DNA from: Vibrio alginolyticus NBRC 15630 = ATCC 17749
Lineage (GTDB): Bacteria; Pseudomonadota; Gammaproteobacteria; Enterobacterales; Vibrionaceae
Assembly (NCBI RefSeq): GCF_000354175.2
Contig: NC_022349.1
Span: 480,001-512,000, forward strand
Direction of reading: 5' to 3'
Length of the DNA stretch: 32,000 bases
The notes under the pieces were generated by a model. It saw only the letters and a program-made list of their open reading frames with translations, had not been told where the DNA came from and searched no databases. Both the position numbers and the translations under genes were made by a program. Of the stretch, positions 8,715 to 17,757 are shown piece by piece (within the stretch, counting starts at the first letter, position 1; the number at the start of each line of letters is the position of its first letter).

Positions 8715-10280
8715 TTACTTAAACTTGCTGATTTCTTGTTCAACTTTGTCTAGTTGTTGCAGCTTCTCTTGCATTTTTAGAGAGTCGTAGTTTAGTGAAG
8801 CAGGGTTCATCGCTGTGCCACGCTGCATTGGGTATTCTGGAAGTGTTTTAAAGAACTCTCCCACAACGTCTTGTACAGGTACAAATAGCCACATGTTGTC
8901 AGCCATCCAACGCAAGTACATTTGTGATTCGCTTGGGCCTTTTTCGAATGGGTCAGCGCGTAGGTGGATGATTTTAGGCCAGTTCGGAGCAAAACGAACT
9001 GCGTTACTTAGGTTCCCTTCAAGCGTTGCAAAGTGAAGTTTCCAGTCATTCCAGCGGACAGCGTTTAATTCACCATTAGACGTAAAGTAAAGCAGCGACT
9101 CACGAGGGCCTTTTTCTTCCTTACCTTCAAAGTATGGCATGAAGTTATAACCATCTAAATGCACACGCCATTCTTTGCCATTTGCTTTGTAGCCTTCTGC
9201 CAGTTTTTCTTTTACATCAGGTACGCCAGCAGCTGCCAATAATGTAGGCAACCAGTCTTGGTGTGCCATCATTTCATTGATCTTGGTTCCTGGCTTAATG
9301 ACGCCTGGCCAACGAACCAGTTGAGGAACACGCATACCGCCTTCCCAAGTTGTACCTTTTTCACCATGGAATGGTGTTGCGCCACCATCTGGCCAAGTCA
9401 TGGTTTCTGCGCCGTTGTCCGTTGAGTAGATAACGATAGTGTTGTCTGCAACACCTAGCTCATCCAGCTTGTCGAGTAAAACACCTACATGATCATCATG
9501 TTCCAGCATACCATCGGCATAAATGCTTACACCTGATTTACCTTGGTATTTTTCCTGCAAGCGAGTCCAAACGTGCATACGAGTGGCGTTATGCCAAATA
9601 AAGAAGGGTTTATCCGCCTTAACTGCTTTTTCCATAAATGCCAAAGAGCTCTCTAGGAACTCTTCATCTGCGTGCTCCATACGTTTTCGTGTCATCGGGC
9701 CAGTGTCTTCAATCTTACCGTCGGCATAAGACTTAATGACACCACGAGGGCCATAGTTTTTACGAAACTCTGGGTCTTTAGGGTAGTAATAAGTTTCAGG
9801 TTCTTCTTCTGCGTTTAGGTGATATAAGTTACCGAAGAATTCGTCAAAGCCGTGTTTTGTCGGTAAGTGCTTATCTTGGTCACCTAAGTGGTTTTTACCA
9901 AATTGACCCGTCATGTAACCTTGTTCTTTTAACAGATCTGCAATGGTTGGTGCCCAATCAGGTATGCCGTGGTCAGAGCCTGGCATACCAATTGTTAACA
10001 AACCCGTACGAAATGGCTCTTCACCCGTAATAAAGGCAGCGCGACCAGCAGTACAAGACTGTTGTCCGTAGTGATCTGTGAACAACGCACCTTCATTCGC
10101 GATACGGTCGATGTTTGGCGTTTTGTAACTCATCATACCTTGGTTGTATGCGCTGATATTCCAGTAGCCGATATCGTCACCAAAAATTGCCAGTATATTC
10201 GGTTTGTCTGCTGCTATAGCAGCACTAGACGCCGCTAACAGTCCTGCGCCTACAGCGGTTTTGCTCAATTGATTTGCCAT
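8715..10280 (-). CDS. Secreted Cys-type (formylglycine-dependent) sulfatase, paralogue 1
   Basis: 521 aa from MANQLSKTAVGAGLLAASSAAIAADKPNIL (signal peptide), with GGAG 6 nt upstream. The sulfatase core is QQSCTAGRAAFITG, with the Cys codon at 10053-10055. Also present are GDD metal-site residues and STDNG/GEKGTTWEGGMRVP motifs. The track start at 10343 adds 21 implausible residues. Confidence 0.9.
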   Translation of the reverse strand: MANQLSKTAVGAGLLAASSAAIAADKPNILAIFGDDIGYWNISAYNQGMMSYKTPNIDRIANEGALFTDHYGQQSCTAGRAAFITGEEPFRTGLLTIGMPGSDHGIPDWAPTIADLLKEQGYMTGQFGKNHLGDQDKHLPTKHGFDEFFGNLYHLNAEEEPETYYYPKDPEFRKNYGPRGVIKSYADGKIEDTGPMTRKRMEHADEEFLESSLAFMEKAVKADKPFFIWHNATRMHVWTRLQEKYQGKSGVSIYADGMLEHDDHVGVLLDKLDELGVADNTIVIYSTDNGAETMTWPDGGATPFHGEKGTTWEGGMRVPQLVRWPGVIKPGTKINEMMAHQDWLPTLLAAAGVPDVKEKLAEGYKANGKEWRVHLDGYNFMPYFEGKEEKGPRESLLYFTSNGELNAVRWNDWKLHFATLEGNLSNAVRFAPNWPKIIHLRADPFEKGPSESQMYLRWMADNMWLFVPVQDVVGEFFKTLPEYPMQRGTAMNPASLNYDSLKMQEKLQQLDKVEQEISKFK

Positions 10281-10668
10281 AAAAACTCCAGATTGTTGAG
10301 AGTAAAGATAAGCACAAGTGAGCCTTATGCTTAGTTGCTGCATAAGTTAATGATGTATATAGAAAAATCCTCTTATACTCGATATAACTATAAGTTATTG
10401 CTAGGTAGTAACCATTTGTTAATTAAGAAGAAATAGGATTGTCCTGTTAGTTTGTAGAGATTCGTAAAGTAGATTTAGATCACTGAAGAGCCTTATTTTT
10501 ATTGCGTAGTAGAAGAGGGGATGGAAATGAAAAACAATAGGATGCTCGCTTGTTTTACGGTCCTAAAGCAATACTAAAGTCGTTATGTATTGCTTGTAAT
10601 TATTTGTATAACCAGTGATTTAGTGTCTATATTGATTTAGGTTGTGCATTATAAATATAAGGATATCT

Positions 10669-12999
10669 ATGAGTCAGTGGGCAGGCCGGTTTCGTATTTT
10701 ATTGCTGGTCAACGTTGTTGTCAGTTTTATGGCTTTTTCTCAAGAGTTATTAACAGAGAAACCAAATATTCCTTTAGGCTTAAATCCAGAATATGCTGGC
10801 ACACAAGCTTGTATAGATTGCCACCAAAACGAGGTGGAGGCCTGGAAAGGGTCACATCACGATATGGCCATGAAGCATGCAAGTACAACCTCTGTGCGTG
10901 GTAATTTTGATAACCATGTTGTAACACACAAAGGAATGCCTAATCGTTTTTTTAAAAAAGGCGGCGAATATTGGGTCAACATTCAAGGCTCTGACGGGCA
11001 ATGGCATGACTATAAGATCAGCTATACATTTGGCTGGGAACCATTACAGCAGTACATGGTCGAGTTTGAAGATGGCCGCGTGCAGCTTATTCCTTTTGCT
11101 TGGGACACAAGAGCTAAAGTTGAAGGGGGACAGCGTTGGTTTCATCTTTATCCAGAAACGACAACAACGGATGAATTCTATTGGACCAATACCGGGCAAA
11201 ATTGGAACTTCATGTGTGCTGATTGCCATTCAACGCACCTAAAGAAGAATTACGACGCTGACAAAAACACTTACAACAGCTCATGGTCAGAGATTAATGT
11301 GGGATGCGAAGCATGCCATGGTCCTGCTAGTCAGCACATAGAACTGGCCAAGAAATACAAAAATGCTGGCACTTCTTTTGAGCATGACAGCCATTATGGC
11401 TTTGATCGAAATTTGTCTAAAGCAGTGTCGGATTGGGTGTTTGAGGAAGGCCATAGTACGTTACAGCCGAAATCAATTGAAGCAACCAATCAAGTGCAAA
11501 CATGCGCTCAATGCCATAGTCGCCGAACCCAGTTAAATGAAACAGGTGATCATGTTAAAGGTTCCTTTTTTGATAAATATCGCTTAAGTCTTATAACACC
11601 TGAACTCTACTATCATGATGGACAGATTTACGACGAAGATTATGTTTATGGTTCGTTTCTTCAATCTGAAATGGCGGAGAAGGGGGTCACGTGCACTAAT
11701 TGCCATGATCCACACACGGCAGAATTAACGATCCCAGAAGAGGCAGTATGTTCGCAATGCCATATTGCATCTGAATATACACCTGAAAAGCATACCTTTC
11801 ATAAGGCTGGATCTGAAGCATCGCAATGTACGACTTGTCACATGCCAGAAACGACTTACATGCAAGTCGATCCTCGTAGAGACCACAGTTGGCATATTCC
11901 ACGACCAGATTTGAGCAAACATATTGGAACGCCCAATGTTTGCATGTCATGCCATGAAGATAAAAGCAATCAATGGGCCGATGAACAGATAGCAGAATGG
12001 TACCCGAATTCGAAGTATCGTAATCAGCAACATTTTGCTGTCGCATTTTATGCGGATTCAATTGGTCATCAAGGAGCAGCAAATGCGTTAGCATACTCTG
12101 CTCAGGATTCGTCTTTAAAAGACATTATTCGCGCCTCAGCCCTGGAGAGGATGGGAGGCAATACAGACCAAAATACAACAGTATCTTTGGCTAGGGCCGT
12201 TAAGAATGAGAATGAAATGGTTCGATTAGGGGCAATTTCAGGCTCGTCTGGTTATGAATTTCATGATCGGTGGCGGATTCTAGAGCCATTGCTTGATGAC
12301 CCGGTGCTTTCAGTGAGAACGGAAGCTGCCTCGGTGCTGGTAGCGAACTACGCACAAATGACCCCTTTACAAAAAGATATCATTAAATCGCCTTTAGAAG
12401 AGTACATGGAAATTCAAGAGTTTAATGCCGATCGTGGTTTCGGAAGAACCAATTTGGCGAATGTGTACCGCAGCTTAGGTGAAATCGACAAAGCGGCCGA
12501 GCTGTATAAACAAGCGATCAGCATCGAACCCTATTTCGAAAATAGCTACGTTAACCTAGCAGATTTGTATCGTCACCTAGGTAAAGAAGAAGCTGCGCTC
12601 ACGGTGCTACAACAAGGGATGAAAGCTCAACCTAAATCCAGCACGTTACCATACAGCGCAGGTCTTTCTTTGTTGCGTCAAGGCAAAGCTGATGATGCGA
12701 AAAAGCTACTTAGACGCGCCGCAGAAATTGGTGAAACTAATGCTCATTATTGGTACGTGTACGGTCTAGCTCTAGAAAAAAGCGATGTTCTAGAAGCCAG
12801 TAAAGCGTTGCAAACAGCATTTGAAGTCGGTGGCAATCCACAGCACTTGTATGCTCAATGCGAGGTTCTAGCGAGAAATCATAAAAAAGGTGCTGTCGCT
12901 TTTGCTTTCGATAGGTGCATACAAGAGCTTAGTCACTATGCACCTAAACAAGCTATTGATCAGCTTAAAGCCTCTATTGTCGGGGTCAATAGGAGCTAA
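10669..12999 (+). CDS. Secreted octaheme c-type cytochrome fused to HEAT-like and TPR repeats
   Basis: 776 aa from MSQWAGRFRILLLVNVVVSFMAFSQE (signal peptide), with AAGGA 5 nt upstream. There are eight CXXCH motifs (CIDCH, CADCH, CEACH, CAQCH, CTNCH, CSQCH, CTTCH, CMSCH) in the first ~450 aa. The C-terminal ~300 aa carry HEAT-like and TPR-like helical repeats. Confidence 0.85.
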   Translation: MSQWAGRFRILLLVNVVVSFMAFSQELLTEKPNIPLGLNPEYAGTQACIDCHQNEVEAWKGSHHDMAMKHASTTSVRGNFDNHVVTHKGMPNRFFKKGGEYWVNIQGSDGQWHDYKISYTFGWEPLQQYMVEFEDGRVQLIPFAWDTRAKVEGGQRWFHLYPETTTTDEFYWTNTGQNWNFMCADCHSTHLKKNYDADKNTYNSSWSEINVGCEACHGPASQHIELAKKYKNAGTSFEHDSHYGFDRNLSKAVSDWVFEEGHSTLQPKSIEATNQVQTCAQCHSRRTQLNETGDHVKGSFFDKYRLSLITPELYYHDGQIYDEDYVYGSFLQSEMAEKGVTCTNCHDPHTAELTIPEEAVCSQCHIASEYTPEKHTFHKAGSEASQCTTCHMPETTYMQVDPRRDHSWHIPRPDLSKHIGTPNVCMSCHEDKSNQWADEQIAEWYPNSKYRNQQHFAVAFYADSIGHQGAANALAYSAQDSSLKDIIRASALERMGGNTDQNTTVSLARAVKNENEMVRLGAISGSSGYEFHDRWRILEPLLDDPVLSVRTEAASVLVANYAQMTPLQKDIIKSPLEEYMEIQEFNADRGFGRTNLANVYRSLGEIDKAAELYKQAISIEPYFENSYVNLADLYRHLGKEEAALTVLQQGMKAQPKSSTLPYSAGLSLLRQGKADDAKKLLRRAAEIGETNAHYWYVYGLALEKSDVLEASKALQTAFEVGGNPQHLYAQCEVLARNHKKGAVAFAFDRCIQELSHYAPKQAIDQLKASIVGVNRS

Positions 13000-13005
13000 T
13001 TACCA

Positions 13006-13036
13006 AAAGTGGAGCTTTTATCGCTCCACTTTTTTC
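13006..13036. terminator. Terminator hairpin between convergent genes
   Basis: AAAGTGGAGC / GCTCCACTTT stem followed by a T-run on the + strand. It lies between the cytochrome stop (12999) and the FGE-fold gene stop (13046). Confidence 0.75.
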
Positions 13037-13045
13037 TTACTTAGT

Positions 13046-13834
13046 TTAATCAGCGTCTTTCGCTAATCTCAGCCCCATGTCGGACATGATGACTGACTGG
13101 CTAGCAAAATCGCGACGATAGTTTTCGGATTCGTCAGCATCATAGGCAAAGCTACCACCTCGTACAGACTTGTGTGCAAGGCTTTCTTTTTCATCTTTTG
13201 CGTTTACCGGATTATCACTTGGTGCTGATTTGTAATAACCTTCATCAAACGCATCAATAACAAACTCACCAACATTACCCGTCATATCGTATAAGCCAAG
13301 CTCATTCGGTTTTTTCTGACCTACCTTGTGTGCCTTATTGTTTGAGTTACTGGCATACCAGGCAACGTCGTTAATATCATCAGCTCCCGCGTAAGTGAAT
13401 CCTTGACTTAGATTCCCCCCTTTCGCTGCAAACTCCCATTCTGCTTCTGTGGGTAAACGATAGTGCTCTCCCGTTTTTTCATTCAATTTCTTTATAAAAT
13501 AATTGGCTTGTTGCCAGCTAATGTTATTTACGGGCGTATTTGGGTTTCTAAAATAACTCAGAGAAGAGCCTGTAACCGATTCGAATAACTCTTGGGTTAC
13601 CTCAAATTTTGCCAAATAGAAATCTTCCACGCGAACGGTGCGAGCCGGGCGCTCGGATTTATTTGCTGACGGATTATCCGAGCCCATCGTAAATTGTCCA
13701 CCTTCAATAAGAACCATATCTTGATCGATTTTTTGGGCAAGAGGGCTAGGTTGTGTTGTTGCACATCCAGTCATAATTAGCGAAATCGAAATAGCGGCAC
13801 CAAGGTAAAGAGTATTACTTTTGGAATGCTTCAT
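13046..13834 (-). CDS. FGE-sulfatase-fold (SUMF1/PvdO-like) lipoprotein lacking the catalytic Cys pair
   Basis: 262 aa. The lipobox is SLIMTGC. FGE-fold hallmarks are present (RLPTEAEWEFAAKGG, GLYDMTGNVGEFV, VRGGSF). The only Cys in the protein is the lipobox Cys. The region after RGGSF reads AYDADESENYRRD instead of the C-x4-C of active FGEs. Confidence 0.8.
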   Translation of the reverse strand: MKHSKSNTLYLGAAISISLIMTGCATTQPSPLAQKIDQDMVLIEGGQFTMGSDNPSANKSERPARTVRVEDFYLAKFEVTQELFESVTGSSLSYFRNPNTPVNNISWQQANYFIKKLNEKTGEHYRLPTEAEWEFAAKGGNLSQGFTYAGADDINDVAWYASNSNNKAHKVGQKKPNELGLYDMTGNVGEFVIDAFDEGYYKSAPSDNPVNAKDEKESLAHKSVRGGSFAYDADESENYRRDFASQSVIMSDMGLRLAKDAD

Positions 13835-14012
13835 AGGGGAGCTCCATCAACATTTATGATCAAAGAATTTTATCAGGCAAGTCTATGAAAAACAGTTATA
13901 CACACTATAACAAGCGCCACGAATAATTGAACATTATCATCACACTAGGCGATTAACTTAATGATTAGTCTTAGCGCCGTTGGGCACAGGCTAGCAACTA
14001 AGAAGGTGATGA

Positions 14013-15338
14013 ATGCACATAACTCAAGGTCCGCAGTTCAATGGAAAAGCATCCAAGCGATTACATGTCATGGCGAAACCTATCGGTGCAGTGTGCAATA
14101 TCGATTGCACCTATTGTTACTACCTAAGCAAACAAGATTTACTTGAGTACAAGCCAGGCTGCTCACCAGTCATGGATGAGGAAACGCTCGAGACCTATAT
14201 CCGTCAATATATAGCGGGACAAAATACACCTGAAATTATTTTCTCTTGGCAGGGTGGTGAGCCGACAATGCTAGGTTTGGATTATTTCAAGACAATTGTT
14301 GAGCTACAGAATAAATACCGTCCCGATGGCATTACGATCTCCAATGACCTCCAGACTAATGGCACACTGCTTAACGATGAATGGTGTGAGTTTTTAAAGG
14401 CGAACAACTTTCTCGTCGGTTTAAGCATTGATGGCCCAGAAATGATGCACAACGCTTACCGAACAAACCGAGCTGGTAGAGGCACATTCCGGCAAGTTAT
14501 GAATGCGGTTGAATTATTACATAAGCACGAAGTAAAGTTTGCTACGCTCACTTGTGTTAACAACTTGACCGGCCGTAACCCACTTGAAGTGTACCGATTC
14601 TTGCGAGATGAAGTACGCTCCCCTCAAATGCAGTTTATTCCAATAGTTGAGCAGAAAACATTCAGAACAACCGCCCCTCAAACTTGGGAGCCAAACGAGC
14701 AACTAAAGCAAGGAGATAAACGGTTGATCCCAGGTCATAAAGATGCCGTTGTTGAGCCTTTTTGCGTTGCGGATGAAGCATGGGGAAATTTTCTGATCGC
14801 GATTTTCAATGAATGGGTTTTACACGATATCGGCAACGTGTTTGTGCAGTACTTTGAAGCCAGTATCGAAACCTGGATGGGCAGAAAAAACCCACTGTGT
14901 ACGTTAGGTGAAATCTGCGGGAAGGGCTTAGCAATGGAGCCTAATGGTGATGTGTTTGCGTGTGATCATTACGTGTACCCAGAATATAAGGTTGGAAACA
15001 TTCATCACGAAAAGCTCGATACGCTCGCTTATAGCTCTGAGCAGCAGAAATTTGGGTTTGCTAAAAGTCGTACGCTGCCCCAACAGTGCCTTCAATGTGA
15101 TTATCAATTTGCATGTTTTGGAGAATGTCCCAAAAACCGTTTTATCCGTACTAGGCAAGGTGAGCCTGGTCTTAATTATCTCTGCGCGGGTTGGAAGAAG
15201 TTTTTTACCCATGTTGATCAGTCGATGGCGTACATCTTACGAGCGACAGGTAACCCAGTGGTTCACGGTAAATACAGTGACCAGATTCTACACCAGCAAG
15301 CTACTCAAACACAGACTGTGTTTGAAACGAAGTTTTAA
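14013..15338 (+). CDS. Anaerobic sulfatase-maturating enzyme (radical SAM / SPASM)
   Basis: 441 aa. Contains the radical-SAM cluster motif CNIDCTYC, the SAM-binding motif WQGGEPT, and the C-terminal SPASM Cys motifs CGKGLAMEPNGDVFACDHY and CLQCDYQFACFGEC. GAAGG lies 5 nt upstream. No signal peptide. Confidence 0.88.
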   Translation: MHITQGPQFNGKASKRLHVMAKPIGAVCNIDCTYCYYLSKQDLLEYKPGCSPVMDEETLETYIRQYIAGQNTPEIIFSWQGGEPTMLGLDYFKTIVELQNKYRPDGITISNDLQTNGTLLNDEWCEFLKANNFLVGLSIDGPEMMHNAYRTNRAGRGTFRQVMNAVELLHKHEVKFATLTCVNNLTGRNPLEVYRFLRDEVRSPQMQFIPIVEQKTFRTTAPQTWEPNEQLKQGDKRLIPGHKDAVVEPFCVADEAWGNFLIAIFNEWVLHDIGNVFVQYFEASIETWMGRKNPLCTLGEICGKGLAMEPNGDVFACDHYVYPEYKVGNIHHEKLDTLAYSSEQQKFGFAKSRTLPQQCLQCDYQFACFGECPKNRFIRTRQGEPGLNYLCAGWKKFFTHVDQSMAYILRATGNPVVHGKYSDQILHQQATQTQTVFETKF

Positions 15339-15391
15339 GATAGTCACTACGCCTGCTACAGGCCCGGAAATGAAAGAATATAGGTTATTGA

Positions 15392-16489
15392 ATGCAAAAA
15401 ATTAAGCTGCTCTCTAAATCATTACTCGTGATCTCGATCGGCATTGCTGCGAGTCAAACAGCAGTGGCACAAGAAACAACATTGCTAGACCCAGATCAAG
15501 TATCGCCGACAACGGTTGTCACTCCACAAGAAGCTCAAATGACACCGGCGCAACGAGTCGAAAAGCTGTCTTATGATGCGCAAAATAAAAAGTTGTCTTC
15601 AGAAAAACGTATTGATGCTTTACGTGAGTTAGCCAACTATCCAAGCCAAAATGCATTGGTTGCAGTTGCGCGTGGGTTGCAGGATGAAGATGCAGGTATT
15701 CGCGAAGCTGCGATCGTGGGAGCACAGCCATATATGATTGAGCACCGTTGGCGTTTGATTTCACCGTTATTGAGTGATGACGCCGCCATGGTGCGAATTA
15801 CAGCAGCGATTAACCTCGTTCGAGATTACGCCAATTTGAGTTCGGAGCAACAGCAGTCACTTGAGGGGCCTGTTTCAGAGCTGACAGCACACTTGTCCAG
15901 TAAGAACGATAATGTTTCCAAGTTATTACTTGCAGACGTTTACCGTTGGCATCGTGATTGGGATAAAGCGGCGCTGATATACCCAGAGTTAACTAAGCTT
16001 GAGCCAAACAACCCTCAAGTTTGGTTAAGCTATGCAGACAACTTCCGAGCGCAACAGCTAGACCAAAAAGCTATCAACGTGCTTGACGAGGGTATCAAGC
16101 TAAATTCAGAAGATGCCTCGCTGCATTATTCTAAATCTCTCGCTTTGGTTAGATTAGACAAAAAGAAAGAAGCGGCGTTTGAAATAGACAAAGCTGCGAC
16201 GATGGCAACGACGAACAGTTACTTTTGGTATTTAAATGGTGTTCTGCAAGAAGAGTTAGACTTGAAGAAGTCTGTCAACGCTTTTGAGCAAGCGTATTTG
16301 ATATCCGGTGCTCCAGAACAATTGTATGCCGTGTGTGACATCTATGTCAGATACGGCAACCCTAAAACGGATGACTGTTTAACAGAGCTAACGAAGGTCG
16401 CTCCCGACTATGTTATTGAAGAGCTCAATCAGAAAAAGGGACGTAAAAGTGCCTCTACATCAGTTGAAGCCAATGAATTTAAACTCTAA
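15392..16489 (+). CDS. Secreted HEAT/TPR repeat protein, heme-less paralogue of the cytochrome C-terminal half
   Basis: 365 aa with signal peptide MQKIKLLSKSLLVISIGIAASQTAVAQE. It is colinear by eye with residues ~540-776 of the cytochrome. For example, LLSDDAAMVRITAAINLV matches LLDDPVLSVRTEAASVLV, and EQLYAVCDIYVRYG matches QHLYAQCEVLARNH. There is no CXXCH motif. It starts 53 nt after the anSME stop. Confidence 0.75.
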   Translation: MQKIKLLSKSLLVISIGIAASQTAVAQETTLLDPDQVSPTTVVTPQEAQMTPAQRVEKLSYDAQNKKLSSEKRIDALRELANYPSQNALVAVARGLQDEDAGIREAAIVGAQPYMIEHRWRLISPLLSDDAAMVRITAAINLVRDYANLSSEQQQSLEGPVSELTAHLSSKNDNVSKLLLADVYRWHRDWDKAALIYPELTKLEPNNPQVWLSYADNFRAQQLDQKAINVLDEGIKLNSEDASLHYSKSLALVRLDKKKEAAFEIDKAATMATTNSYFWYLNGVLQEELDLKKSVNAFEQAYLISGAPEQLYAVCDIYVRYGNPKTDDCLTELTKVAPDYVIEELNQKKGRKSASTSVEANEFKL

Positions 16490-16651
16490 TCGGTAAATTC
16501 CATGTTCCTATTTCAATAAAATAGTGAACCAATTTAGTGACGGCGTCACTCTTTGGTGGCCGTTGGATATGTCAGTTCAATATGCGCCTGTTTCAATTGA
16601 ACTATACTTTTGATTGGATTCGCACCTAGCACCTCAATATAAGGAATTAAG

Positions 16652-17650
16652 ATGGCTATAAAGTTAAAGGCGATTGTCTTAGCAACAGGTTTAGCTCTGT
16701 CTAGTTACGCTGTTGCTGCTGATATGCAAGATCCACTTCCGTCATGGAACAACACTGACGCTAAGCAAGCTATTATGGCGTTTGTTACGAAAACAACGAC
16801 CCAAGGTTCGGATTCCTATGTGCCTGAAAGCCAACGAATCGCGACGTTTGATAATGATGGAACACTTTGGGCAGAAAAGCCTGTTTATCTACAGTTGTTT
16901 TTTGCGATCGATAGAGTAAAAGAAATGGCCTCTGAGCATCCTGATTGGAAGACAACCGAACCCTTTGCTTCCGCATTAAAAGGTGACATGGAGGGGATTG
17001 GTAAACAAGGACTCGAAGGTGTAATGAAGCTTGTTATGGCAACCCATTCTGGAATGTCTACTGAACAGTTTCATCAAGAAGTTAAGGAATGGTTGAAAAC
17101 GGCTGTCCATCCAACAACGGGTAGACCATACACTGAAATGGTCTATCAACCTATGCTCGAACTGCTCGACTATTTAAGAGCGAACGACTATCAGACCTAC
17201 ATCGTTTCTGGAGGCGGTATTGAATTTATGCGCGTTTGGGCGCCGGAAGTATACGGCATTCCAACGCAAAACATCGTGGGGACGACGTTAAAGGCGGAAT
17301 ATCAAAGTGTTGATGGAAAACCTACCATCCTACGCATGCCGGAAATAGACTTCGTCAATGACAAAGCAGTAAAGCCTGTGACGATTCAAAACTTCATTGG
17401 CAAACGTCCGGTCATGGCGTTTGGTAATTCTGATGGTGATTTACAGATGTTAGAGTGGACGAAAGCAGGTTCAGGTCCAAGATTTTCTGCGATTATCCAT
17501 CACACGGATGACAAGCGCGAATGGGCGTATGATAAAGATTCTCATGTTGGTAAGTTAGATGAATCGTTTAAAGTAGGTGAAGAGCAAGGTTGGCTATTTG
17601 TCGATATGAAACAAGATTGGAATCAAGTGTTTAAAGAGAGCACTAAATGA
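16652..17650 (+). CDS. Signal-peptide-bearing HAD-superfamily hydrolase (putative periplasmic phosphatase)
   Basis: 332 aa with signal peptide MAIKLKAIVLATGLALSSYAVAAD. HAD motif I is FDNDGTLW (DxDxT), motif II is IVSGG, and motif III/IV is GKRPVMAFGNSDGDLQML. Confidence 0.75.
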   Translation: MAIKLKAIVLATGLALSSYAVAADMQDPLPSWNNTDAKQAIMAFVTKTTTQGSDSYVPESQRIATFDNDGTLWAEKPVYLQLFFAIDRVKEMASEHPDWKTTEPFASALKGDMEGIGKQGLEGVMKLVMATHSGMSTEQFHQEVKEWLKTAVHPTTGRPYTEMVYQPMLELLDYLRANDYQTYIVSGGGIEFMRVWAPEVYGIPTQNIVGTTLKAEYQSVDGKPTILRMPEIDFVNDKAVKPVTIQNFIGKRPVMAFGNSDGDLQMLEWTKAGSGPRFSAIIHHTDDKREWAYDKDSHVGKLDESFKVGEEQGWLFVDMKQDWNQVFKESTK

Positions 17651-17702
17651 TAATCTTTGTTTGACCATAACTTGCTGCAACCAAACAATTGCAACGAAAT
17701 AA

Positions 17703-17724
17703 AAGGCCTCACAATTGAGGCCTT
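17703..17724. terminator. Hairpin terminator between convergent genes
   Basis: AAGGCCTC-ACAATT-GAGGCCTT. The T-rich tract falls on the minus-strand transcript (TTTTATTTCGTT), so it fits sulfatase 2 best. Confidence 0.7.
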
Positions 17725-17757
17725 AGTTAATTCCACAGTAGCTTCGATACCTAGGGT

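Noticed and set aside
10281-10343. The 21-codon extension of sulfatase 1 (MQQLSIRLTCAYLYSQQSGVF), and likewise the TTG start at 10642 for the cytochrome.
   Set aside because: The internal ATGs (10280 and 10669) are each preceded by good SD sequences. They also start directly with typical signal peptides.
10521-10577. An 18-codon mini-ORF (MEMKNNRMLACFTVLKQY) in the sulfatase 1/cytochrome divergent region, considered as a possible leader peptide.
   Set aside because: The G-rich stretch abuts the ATG with essentially no spacing. There is no downstream attenuator structure and no supporting signal.
13046-15338. The idea that the island encodes both an aerobic (FGE) and an anaerobic (anSME) sulfatase maturation route.
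   Set aside because: The FGE-fold protein has no Cys apart from its lipobox Cys. It therefore cannot form the Cu-binding catalytic pair, and only the anSME looks competent.
14944-15405. A 153-aa plus-strand ORF overlapping the 3' end of the anSME gene in another frame.
   Set aside because: It lies entirely within or overlapping a well-supported CDS. Its composition is low-complexity, and it has no recognisable motifs or SD.
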